Below, piece after piece: positions 27,113 through 34,143 of a stretch of 61,409 nucleotides of DNA. The notes under the pieces were generated by a model. The model made no database searches, had not been told where the DNA came from, and saw nothing but the letters and a program-made list of their open reading frames with translations. The stretch covers positions 1 to 61,409 of the forward strand of contig CAZCMN010000001.1 of NCBI GenBank assembly GCA_964500015.1, in the 5' to 3' direction. How positions within the stretch are numbered: the stretch's first letter is position 1; each line of letters begins with the position of its first letter. The position numbers were made by a program, and so were the translations under genes. The DNA is from Candidatus Woesearchaeota archaeon. GTDB lineage: Archaea > Nanobdellota > Nanobdellia > Pacearchaeales > UBA284.

Positions 27113-27592
27113 TTATCTTTCAAATTCTTCTAGGACACCAGAAATCTTAGCACTAGTTTTTATTATAAAACTCACAACTTTTTGATAGCGTTCTTCAGAA
27201 CAATCTATCAAATTTTTAACAAGTTCTGGATGTAATATGCTGAGTTTATCTGCAACCCTGAATATTTTTCCTTCTTCTGTAACAGGATTGCCCTTTGTTC
27301 TATGATTTAAGATGCAATCTCTTAGTGTTTCACTTAACTCAAATTGTTTTTCTAGGATTTCAATAGAATGTTTTTCATGATCTTCTTTATCTATTACTTT
27401 TCCAATATCATGCAACAAACCAGCTATCTCAAGAGTTTCTTTATCAACATCTTTCTTTTCAGCTAAAATCAATGCTATTTCAGAATCAAGTTTAGAATGA
27501 AGAATGATAAATTTAGCATTTTCCTTGTTCTCTAGCTTCATCAACGTTTCTTTGCAGAATTTCCTAGCTTTCTCAACATCTAATCTTTCCAT
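27113..27592 (-). CDS. HD-domain phosphohydrolase
   Basis: ...AGLLHDIGKV... HD motif, all-helical. Confidence 0.8.
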   Translation of the reverse strand: MERLDVEKARKFCKETLMKLENKENAKFIILHSKLDSEIALILAEKKDVDKETLEIAGLLHDIGKVIDKEDHEKHSIEILEKQFELSETLRDCILNHRTKGNPVTEEGKIFRVADKLSILHPELVKNLIDCSEERYQKVVSFIIKTSAKISGVLEEFER

Positions 27593-27634
27593 AGAAGTTT
27601 ATTATGAAGAGGTATAAAATTCTTTCGAGCGGGC

Positions 27635-28282
27635 CTAAATTTTAGCTTCTGGATTTCCTAAGAGAACTTGACCAAAGTAGTTATTCCATAATGCCCAGGT
27701 TAATACAAATGAATCCGCCTCTTTACTATTAATTACCTTTTTCAAATTTTTTAATATTTGTTTTTTAGAATTTTCATAGGCATCTTGTGTAGATTGCCCC
27801 TTAATTAGCGAGATAGGAATTAAATTTGAAGGCTCTAAAAAAAGTTTAGCTTTGTTATCATTGTGTGGTTTTGCACTCCACCTGGCGTCCATAACAAAAA
27901 CAAATGGCAAAGAATATCCAATAAAACAACTCTCCTTATTACTTTCAACACACTTTTCACCCAGTATTTGTGCAGCATTACAGGATCGGGCGTAAGTAAT
28001 TCTTCCGTTTAAAAGATGCTCATTTTCACCTACTTTAATTAATACGCAATCTTTATAACCATAAATTGAATCTGCAGATCCATGCCCGTTTAAAACAATT
28101 AAATTGTAATCTAATTTTGTGACAATTTTAGAAAAATTATTTATTTCTACTTCTTCGTCAGTTATCTCTTTAAGTTTAACATTTCTATTCTTAGCCTCTT
28201 CGATTATAATTTTAGAAAAATAATATAAATATTCAGTTGCATCATCATATCTTGGACAAGTAATTATGAGCCCTTTTTGCAT
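27635..28282 (-). CDS. hypothetical protein with caspase-like (clan CD-like) His/Cys dyad pattern
   Basis: strand-loop motifs LIVLNGHGS and ITYARSCNAA in a Rossmann-like alternation; inference only. Confidence 0.4.
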   Translation of the reverse strand: MQKGLIITCPRYDDATEYLYYFSKIIIEEAKNRNVKLKEITDEEVEINNFSKIVTKLDYNLIVLNGHGSADSIYGYKDCVLIKVGENEHLLNGRITYARSCNAAQILGEKCVESNKESCFIGYSLPFVFVMDARWSAKPHNDNKAKLFLEPSNLIPISLIKGQSTQDAYENSKKQILKNLKKVINSKEADSFVLTWALWNNYFGQVLLGNPEAKI

Positions 28283-28283
28283 T

Positions 28284-28538
28284 TTAGTTTGTCAAAGAAT
28301 TAAGTTCGTTTATTAGTTTTCCACTAGTAACTGCTTTAATAAAATTAATATGCATTTGTATTATTTGTTTACCTTCTTTATCCCCAATCCTTACATGTTC
28401 TATCATCTCTTCTTTGTTTAGGGTTTTGCCACCCCCAATAGATAGCTTGACTGTTGAAGGACTTGCATTTAGCCGCATAATAACTAGTTCTTTTATCTTT
28501 TCATTAGTTTCTTCTTTAGAATCTTCTTGTTCGCTCAT
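28284..28538 (-). CDS. hypothetical protein (84 aa)
   Basis: 4-nt overlap with the upstream ORF, 1-nt gap to the downstream ORF. Confidence 0.4.
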   Translation of the reverse strand: MSEQEDSKEETNEKIKELVIMRLNASPSTVKLSIGGGKTLNKEEMIEHVRIGDKEGKQIIQMHINFIKAVTSGKLINELNSLTN

Positions 28539-28720
28539 ATTATCTCTAACTCCTGAAGGGCTTTTAAAATTTTCTGTCCTAAAATGCTATTGCTACTTAT
28601 CTCAAAAAAAGAGGTATTCCAGTTATAAGGCTTTTTATCTATAATAACAATAATGTCCTCCCTTAATGCATCAGGTACATTTGCATAAATTTTCAAGAAT
28701 TTAGCTCTTTTATCTTCCAT
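28535..28720 (-). CDS. hypothetical protein (61 aa), weak similarity to the 84-aa neighbour
   Basis: GAGGGAG SD-like and TATA (rc TGTATATAAG) upstream; K.P.N....E(I/V).....G.K.I pattern shared with 28284..28538. Confidence 0.4.
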   Translation of the reverse strand: MEDKRAKFLKIYANVPDALREDIIVIIDKKPYNWNTSFFEISSNSILGQKILKALQELEII

Positions 28721-28810
28721 AGTAACACTCCCTCTTTAATGATACTTATATACATTTACTCTTTAATAATTTATCGAAAACCATCATCAACAAAAATAAG
28801 TTCTTCTTAT

Positions 28811-28843
28811 TCATTTTTTCCTCAGCTTAATCTCCCCTTTCTT
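28811..28843 (-). pseudogene. relic of AbrB-fold gene 3' end (KKGEIKLRKK*)
   Basis: 27/27 nt identical to the relic at 32784..32810 and near-identical to the 3' end of the intact gene at 33763..33927. Confidence 0.55.
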
Positions 28844-28901
28844 TGATTTGGGGAATGGTGTGGGGATTGTTTAGGCATTTAAGGATTATTGTGATTTCTT
28901 T

Positions 28902-28918
28902 GCAGAGTGAGTTTGAGC
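28902..28918 (-). promoter_or_regulatory. 18-nt motif copy A (plus strand GCAGAGTGAGTTTGAGC) just upstream of a minus-strand TATA-like box
   Basis: aligned by eye with copies at 29911 and 32236. Confidence 0.4.
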
Positions 28919-28933
28919 AATAAAAGAAACAGC

Positions 28934-29329
28934 TTATATGCCCGCAGGTTTAAATGCGGCCTTAATAGCTGCGTTTATCCTATCTTCTAAAGGTTTAGTT
29001 GGTGTCCTAAATGAAAAAAGGTCTATTGCTATTGAATCTATTTCTGTGCCTCCACTATTAAAAAGCATAGAAGAGGGCGTGCTTTCAGCTCGAAGCATAA
29101 GACCAATATCTTCAGTTGACATAGCATACCCCATCTGTACATTTTGTATATGAGAAAGTGTAGGGTCGCAAAGACTAAGATAAAAAGCATTTCTTTGGAG
29201 GAAATCCATTATGGCCCCATATGCTTTATGCATGTTAGCCCCCATATCTCCTCGAGGCGCGTTGTGTTCTCTTTCCAAAGTGGATCCACGATAGATTTGA
29301 ATTCTTCCGCAATATTCTGGTGTTGGCAT
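28934..29329 (-). CDS. hypothetical protein (131 aa, GC-richer)
   Basis: ORF with promoter and leader homologous to that of 32832..33701. Confidence 0.5.
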   Translation of the reverse strand: MPTPEYCGRIQIYRGSTLEREHNAPRGDMGANMHKAYGAIMDFLQRNAFYLSLCDPTLSHIQNVQMGYAMSTEDIGLMLRAESTPSSMLFNSGGTEIDSIAIDLFSFRTPTKPLEDRINAAIKAAFKPAGI

Positions 29330-29338
29330 TTTAATTTT

Positions 29339-29400
29339 TTCAGAATAAGGTTTCTGGTACCCATCACCTCAAAAGGATATTCCCCATGGTTATTTAAAGG
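29339..29400 (-). promoter_or_regulatory. promoter and leader module shared with 33707..33769
   Basis: TATA (rc CCTTTAAATAA), then GGTGATGGGTACCAGAAACCTTATTCTGAA; 28/30 identical to the second copy; contains TGGTACCCA. Confidence 0.55.
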
Positions 29401-29498
29401 TTTTTCTTTATCTTTCAGAATAATAATCCTTAAAAACTTCAAGAAGAATGAATAATGTAGACAAAATGAGCAGAAGAAGAATTCAAGAAAGTGATTGA

Positions 29499-29858
29499 AT
29501 GCGCCTTGGGGGATTTCTTAAGGAGAGCCACTATGAAAGGATCTATTTGGAAAAGGAACGAATCCGCAGAAGAGGTCACAAGGGGATCAAGGGACTTGTT
29601 TTGGGCAGCGGGATTGCTTTTGGGTTGACTATTGCATCAACATTGGTGACAGGAAGTGTATCTCAGAATTATTATTTGAAGTCAGAGCTTTATTGTCATG
29701 GGTTTTCTGTTAATGTAGAAGAGGATAAAAGAAATTATAACCTTTCTGAGAAGTATGGAATTGCCTGTTTGTATCTTTTTGGGGCTGCGTGTGCTAGTGG
29801 GTTTGTAGTGATGATGGCAGAATGTGCACTTAGAGATGCCCAAGAACAAAGAGCATGA
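29499..29858 (+). CDS. hypothetical 2-TM membrane protein (119 aa)
   Basis: two hydrophobic helices; AATAATCCTTAAAAAC promoter box at 29422..29437. Confidence 0.45.
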   Translation: MRLGGFLKESHYERIYLEKERIRRRGHKGIKGLVLGSGIAFGLTIASTLVTGSVSQNYYLKSELYCHGFSVNVEEDKRNYNLSEKYGIACLYLFGAACASGFVVMMAECALRDAQEQRA

Positions 29859-29910
29859 TAAGAAGTCATGCAGGTAGATGATTAAAATTAAGATTAAACC
29901 TTTTTCTTTT

Positions 29911-29928
29911 GGCGGAGTGAGTTCGAGC
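29911..29928 (-). promoter_or_regulatory. 18-nt motif copy B (plus strand GGCGGAGTGAGTTCGAGC)
   Basis: followed on the minus strand by an A-rich spacer and AAGGTTTAATC; would drive antisense transcription into 29499..29858. Confidence 0.35.
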
Positions 29929-29978
29929 GAAGTGAATCGGACTTTAACCATAAATCTTAATAACTCTTGTTCTTTTAA

Positions 29979-31358
29979 TTGATCATGGAAGATATTACAA
30001 AGCAAATTTCTGGTTTCGCAAAAGTAAGCCCACATGGCACATTATCTGGAATTATAAAAAAGAGATTAAACAATCAACAATCTAGGATAAGAAAGGATTA
30101 TTGGGGAGTTACAGATATTTGTAATCCATTACAAACCTATTTTAGAATAAAATATCCAGAAATATACAAAGATTCTGTAGAAACAAAGAAGAAATTTTCA
30201 TTGGGAAATAAACAACATAATATACTTCAAAAAAAGCTAGAAACAATAAATGGATTTGTAGATCGAGAAATAATCCTTGATGGAAGATTATTAGGAATTC
30301 CATTAAAAGGAAGAGCTGATGCAAAAATAGGTACTTCTATATGGGAAATAAAATCAAAAGAAGCTTTACCTAAAGATATAAGTGAATTATTAAAAAATTA
30401 TCCACAAGATATTGAACAAGTGTGTTTTTATTCTTTAATTGACCCAGAGTATCCAAAAGAAAATATCCTGATTACTACAACACACTCTAATTCAGAGGAG
30501 TGCAAGGCATATAAAATAAAAATAATGGACCTAGGAAAAATAAAAGCTCTTGCTTTAACAAGAATTGAAAAGTTAAACAAGTGGTTGGACGAAGGAAAAT
30601 TACCTTCTCTATCATTCAAATGCAGATATTGCAATGATGATTGCACAATTAAAGATGCGAAACTTTGCTCTTTTTTCGAAAACGAACCGCTATCTTGTGA
30701 AGTTGAAGATTTTATAAAAATAGAAGAAGCTCCGGAAATAGAAGAAAACTTGAAAAAGATAAGCATTTTCAAATCTGAAGCAATACCAATATTTTTATTT
30801 AACCTAATAACTCCAAGACAGTATATTCTCAAAGAATCTTGCGATTTGGAAGAAGAACCCTTTGATAATTCTTATAAAACAGAACATAAACAATTAATTC
30901 AAGATGTATTATATGAAGAAGGCAAAATCATTAACAATGAAGAATTAAAAAAGCTGAAAGAATTACAAAAAATTAAAGAATTATATCAAGGAAGAAATTC
31001 TTTTATTAAATTAGATTTAAATGGAGAAGAGAAAATATGCCCTCTTTTAATTCATATTAGCCAAAGTACATATTCTAATGCATTACAAAATGTTTCTCCT
31101 TATAAAAAAGGAGAATTGGGATTACAATGTTTAAATAATGGGGTAAATCAAGGTTATTTAATTGCATATTTTCCTGAACAAAATCACGAGGTAAGGGTTT
31201 TTGAAATCAGTTATGATTTTGAAAAAGGAACCCTAAACAAAATAAAAAAAATTGTTGAAATTCTTAAAAATAAAGATAAAGACAAATTAAATGAATTGCC
31301 AAGATGCCCAGATTTCATGTGTAAAGCTTGTGCTTATCAAAATATCTGCCCAGAATAA
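29979..31358 (+). CDS. tandem Cas4/RecB-like PD-(D/E)XK nuclease-domain protein with two Cys clusters
   Basis: domain 1: GRADAKI...IWEIKSKE plus C48 and CRYCNDDC; domain 2: degenerate core plus terminal CPDFMCKACAYQNIC (CxxCx5C). Confidence 0.65.
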   Translation: MIMEDITKQISGFAKVSPHGTLSGIIKKRLNNQQSRIRKDYWGVTDICNPLQTYFRIKYPEIYKDSVETKKKFSLGNKQHNILQKKLETINGFVDREIILDGRLLGIPLKGRADAKIGTSIWEIKSKEALPKDISELLKNYPQDIEQVCFYSLIDPEYPKENILITTTHSNSEECKAYKIKIMDLGKIKALALTRIEKLNKWLDEGKLPSLSFKCRYCNDDCTIKDAKLCSFFENEPLSCEVEDFIKIEEAPEIEENLKKISIFKSEAIPIFLFNLITPRQYILKESCDLEEEPFDNSYKTEHKQLIQDVLYEEGKIINNEELKKLKELQKIKELYQGRNSFIKLDLNGEEKICPLLIHISQSTYSNALQNVSPYKKGELGLQCLNNGVNQGYLIAYFPEQNHEVRVFEISYDFEKGTLNKIKKIVEILKNKDKDKLNELPRCPDFMCKACAYQNICPE

Positions 31359-31454
31359 ATGGTTTTTAGGATTTTTTCTTTTCTTTTTTAGGATGCCCAG
31401 AACATACATTTCTTATTATTAAGTGATTACAGAAGAAAGATTTATAAATAGAGA

Positions 31455-32057
31455 ATGTTAAAGGGATTAATGGGATCGTTTACAGATGGTTTAAATTTAG
31501 GACTTGTAGGTAATCTTGCAGTTTGTAATGTTGTAGCAGACACACAACCAAAAGACGTTAGGTTTTTGGGCGTTGTTCATGATCTTTCAGATGGAAATGA
31601 TAATGGGGACCCTTCAATTGTTTTAAAATTTTATGAGATGTTTAGACATAACAAACCAAGTGCCCATAATGTAGATCTTTTAAGAAGCAGAAATTTTTTA
31701 GAAGATGTTTTGAGATCTAGTGGCAGAAATGGTTTTAACAGAGCATCTGGATTGGGCTTTGCTATTGTTTCTGATCATGCAGATATGGTTAATGCAGTAA
31801 GATGGAGCCTTAAATATCCCACTGTCCCAATTAATACTTTATGGGTTTATGACGGAACGTCCAGAGTGTACAAGATGCAGAGTATTGATTCTGAAGGTTC
31901 TTTTTGTAGAGGAGAAAGGGCAATTGTGGATTGTGAAAGTGCTGCCTGGGATATTTATCTTGGTTCTCCTAGAAGAGACGATGACAAAAAAGCATATCTA
32001 AACTATCATCTTCCAGATGGTGAGCTAGTTGATGCTGTTATCCATCCTAAATATTAG
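31455..32057 (+). CDS. hypothetical protein (200 aa, GC-richer)
   Basis: ORF, TTTATAAATA box about 15 nt upstream. Confidence 0.5.
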   Translation: MLKGLMGSFTDGLNLGLVGNLAVCNVVADTQPKDVRFLGVVHDLSDGNDNGDPSIVLKFYEMFRHNKPSAHNVDLLRSRNFLEDVLRSSGRNGFNRASGLGFAIVSDHADMVNAVRWSLKYPTVPINTLWVYDGTSRVYKMQSIDSEGSFCRGERAIVDCESAAWDIYLGSPRRDDDKKAYLNYHLPDGELVDAVIHPKY

Positions 32058-32194
32058 TGCAAATCAACGTAATAGTAATACTTGTCCCCAGAACAAGATG
32101 CTCCTGTTTTGTAGCCTTTTTTATTTAGAAGAATGATAAAATTTCGGATGCTGGGGTCTAGTTCAGGGATTATTTCTTTTGTAAGATCTTGCAT
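32054..32194 (-). CDS. small ORF (46 aa; own translation MQDLTKEIIPELDPSIRNFIILLNKKGYKTGASCSGDKYYYYVDLH), possibly a gene fragment
   Basis: below the ORF-track cutoff; TATA (rc CCCTTTAAAC) about 18 nt upstream and 18-nt motif copy C further upstream. Confidence 0.3.
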   Translation of the reverse strand: MQDLTKEIIPELDPSIRNFIILLNKKGYKTGASCSGDKYYYYVDLH

Positions 32195-32235
32195 AATTTG
32201 AAAAGAGGGGGGAGTTTAAAGGGTTTTGGAAAGAA

Positions 32236-32253
32236 GGGGGAGCGAGCTCGAGC
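32236..32253 (-). promoter_or_regulatory. 18-nt motif copy C (plus strand GGGGGAGCGAGCTCGAGC)
   Basis: aligned by eye with copies A and B; sits upstream of the TATA of the 46-aa ORF. Confidence 0.35.
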
Positions 32254-32301
32254 AGAGAGAGCAGAGTGTAACAAAATTATCAGTTTAAACACAAGAAGAA
32301 A

Positions 32302-32667
32302 TTATGCCCTTGGAAGGTTAAGTCCTGGGCGACATCGTGCATAGTCTGTATCACCATCAAGTCTTATTTTATAAACATATACTGTATCAGTTGTTTCAAT
32401 TCCAAACTCTTTAAGAACAGCACGAGTTGCTACCTCACCTAGCCCCATAACATCTGAAATAAGGGTATGTGTATCCTGAAGAATATCCTTTAAGTCAGGA
32501 CTAAGATTGCGTTTGGTATCAAATTCTTTTCTTTCAGTTACTTTTGCCCGCAATCCTCCCTGGATTAATTCTCTCTGAACTGTTTCTGGTTCTAGAAAAT
32601 ACCCTCCTGTAAAACCCCAAACAAGGTTTGCGTGTGAAACTGAATCAAATGTGAGCATTTTAATCAA
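32302..32667 (-). CDS. hypothetical protein (about 118-121 aa, GC-richer)
   Basis: ORF; track start is TTG, an ATG lies three codons in. Confidence 0.5.
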   Translation of the reverse strand: MIKMLTFDSVSHANLVWGFTGGYFLEPETVQRELIQGGLRAKVTERKEFDTKRNLSPDLKDILQDTHTLISDVMGLGEVATRAVLKEFGIETTDTVYVYKIRLDGDTDYARCRPGLNLPRA

Positions 32668-32783
32668 TTTCTAAAAGAAAATTCACTTTTTAAACGTTTC
32701 CATTTATAACTACTTTATAGAGACAAAGAAAATGATGTAACTTATCTTTACTGATTATATCTGATATCGATGATGGTTCAATC

Positions 32784-32825
32784 TCATTTTTTCCTCAGCT
32801 TAATCTCCCCTCTCCTCGCCTCAAC
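32784..32825 (-). pseudogene. relic of AbrB-fold gene 3' end (VEARRGEIKLRKK*)
   Basis: begins 6 nt after the stop of 32832..33701; homologous to LEAEAKRGEIKLRKKV* of the intact copy. Confidence 0.6.
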
Positions 32826-32831
32826 TTAAAA

Positions 32832-33701
32832 TTAAAAGTCCTTTGGATTTGCCCAATCTCTTCTTTCTACAAAAGCATTTATTCTGTCATGAACAGATTT
32901 GGGAGTCCATTTCTTTACATTAGCATAACTTTTTTCAATTTTTTGGGGATCAGTTACTCCTGCAAAGAATTTTGCAGTAATTGCTCCCAATGTTCTATTT
33001 AAAAAAATAGGATTTGCTACTAGAACATAATCTTCACCAAAGTCACATATCTCTGGATGCAATAATGCAACAGCAACAAGAAAATCACTTGAAACAGCAT
33101 CTCTATCAAACATACCACTTTCATCTATAACTGCTTTTTTTAAAGACGAAAAAGTATTATATTTTTCAATTAAGCTTTTTCCTTCACTTAAACCAGGCCA
33201 ATATAATCGTCTTGTCACACAAATATCTGAAACCAATTGTGGTTCTCTTATTCCTTCAACTTGTCCTTGTGAGCAAAAATAATTTTCTTTGTCTAAAACA
33301 CCAAGTACTTGTCGTAAAGCATGATTCTTTTGATTTCTATTCAGTAAAGGATAAACAGATCCCACAGCATTCCATAATTCAATTGGAATCGCTTCATACG
33401 GACCACCAGCAATAGCAGTAATCCACTCATTTTTTCCATAAGCCTTCTCCAAGCTATCATGATATTTTTCAAAAATCATTCCAATAGCTCTGTCTGGGTC
33501 TTTTCTTAATACATGAACAAAAGGTTCAATGTCAGTAAGTGCTACAAGATGGTGTTTATCTGTTTCTGTTTCTATTCCTCTGACAACTTCTTGCGCTATT
33601 CTTTCAGATCTAGACTCTACAGATTCTTGTTGCAAGTTATCAATTAGTTGATCTATAGTTTCTGGAACTGCAAATGGTTTTGCTAGTTTTTTTCTTTCCA
33701 T
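32832..33701 (-). CDS. hypothetical protein (289 aa, GC-richer), downstream partner of the AbrB-fold gene
   Basis: ORF; its promoter TATA overlaps the stop of the AbrB-fold gene. Confidence 0.55.
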   Translation of the reverse strand: MERKKLAKPFAVPETIDQLIDNLQQESVESRSERIAQEVVRGIETETDKHHLVALTDIEPFVHVLRKDPDRAIGMIFEKYHDSLEKAYGKNEWITAIAGGPYEAIPIELWNAVGSVYPLLNRNQKNHALRQVLGVLDKENYFCSQGQVEGIREPQLVSDICVTRRLYWPGLSEGKSLIEKYNTFSSLKKAVIDESGMFDRDAVSSDFLVAVALLHPEICDFGEDYVLVANPIFLNRTLGAITAKFFAGVTDPQKIEKSYANVKKWTPKSVHDRINAFVERRDWANPKDF

Positions 33702-33706
33702 AATAA

Positions 33707-33769
33707 TTCAGAATAAGGTTTCTGGTGACCATCACCACAAAAAACAGACCTGATTAGGATATTTAAACC
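33707..33769 (-). promoter_or_regulatory. promoter and leader module (second copy)
   Basis: TATA (rc GGTTTAAATAT), then GGTGATGGTCACCAGAAACCTTATTCTGAA. Confidence 0.55.
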
Positions 33770-33927
33770 TTTTTCCTCAGCTTAATTTCCCCTCTCTTCG
33801 CTTCCGCCTCAAGCTCGTCTCCTTCTTTGAAACCTGATTCATTTATGAAACCTTCAGGAATAACTACAACGAATTTATGATAAATCTTACTTTGTTTTTT
33901 ATCCGATACTTGTTTTTGAAGCTTCAT
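33763..33927 (-). CDS. AbrB/MazE/SpoVT-fold DNA-binding protein (54 aa; own translation MKLQKQVSDKKQSKIYHKFVVVIPEGFINESGFKEGDELEAEAKRGEIKLRKKV)
   Basis: below the ORF-track cutoff; canonical swapped-hairpin signature V.IP......G.KEGDEL......G.I.L. Confidence 0.7.
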   Translation of the reverse strand: MKLQKQVSDKKQSKIYHKFVVVIPEGFINESGFKEGDELEAEAKRGEIKLRKKV

Positions 33928-33961
33928 ATATATTACAACTTACAGAGATATTTAAGCATTT

Positions 33962-34023
33962 TGGTACCCACCACTTTAAAGTTAATAATTGGGTACCCAA
34001 ATATTTATAAGTCTGGGTACCCA
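33962..34023. promoter_or_regulatory. three palindromic TGGGTACCCA-type sites (candidate operators) in the divergent promoter region
   Basis: TGGTACCCA 33962-33970, TTGGGTACCCAA 33989-34000, TGGGTACCCA 34014-34023; first site abuts the TATA (rc GCTTAAATATC) of the AbrB-fold gene. Confidence 0.5.
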
Positions 34024-34032
34024 AGAAAATGC

Positions 34033-34143
34033 ATGGAAGTTTGTTATGATTGGGAGATGCTTGGTTTAGGTATGTTTGTGATGCTGGTTATATATTTTAT
34101 AATCCATGTAGTTTGGGGGATGATAAAGAATAAAAGTATTTAA
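34033..34143 (+). CDS. possible 36-aa single-TM peptide (MEVCYDWEMLGLGMFVMLVIYFIIHVVWGMIKNKSI)
   Basis: internal ATG of track ORF 33877..34143, about 22 nt downstream of ATATTTATAAG; divergent from the AbrB-fold gene. Confidence 0.25.
   Translation: MEVCYDWEMLGLGMFVMLVIYFIIHVVWGMIKNKSI

Noticed and set aside
26696-27185. Four mutually overlapping ORFs (26696..26914, 26765..27049, 26800..27051, 26961..27185)
   Set aside because: Only the minus-strand 94-aa frame has a TATA box at the right distance and a non-degenerate composition. The others are kept as shadows. I also considered an RNA gene here because of the elevated GC but found no convincing fold.
29339-29368. The shared leader GGTGATGG...CTGAA as a C/D-box sRNA or K-turn (L7Ae-binding) element
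   Set aside because: The GUGAUGG/CUGA boxes are only approximate. The unit is too short (30 nt) for a C/D sRNA with C' and D' boxes. The flanks cannot form the required terminal stem. The embedded DNA palindrome shared with the AbrB-fold gene promoter is the better explanation.
28938-30035. ORFs 28938..29153, 29144..29455, 29209..29442 and 29682..30035
   Set aside because: They are antisense or out-of-frame overlaps of the 131-aa and 119-aa genes and of the shared leader, with no independent signals. Region 29682..30035 coincides with the possible antisense transcript from 18-nt motif copy B but does not look coding.
25199-33927. An integron-like platform (tyrosine recombinase plus attC-bounded cassettes) as explanation for the relic-bounded orphan genes
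   Set aside because: The recombinase looks XerA-like, and I could not identify the extra IntI-specific segment by eye. The recurring 27-mer is a coding relic rather than an imperfect-palindrome attC. Cassette orientation is mixed. The idea is left as a possibility to test, not a claim.
33877-34143. 88-aa track ORF spanning the AbrB-fold gene promoter
   Set aside because: Its 5' two thirds run through the AbrB-fold gene start, its TATA box and the palindromic operators. At most the last 36 codons (34033..34143) could be a real small TM peptide.
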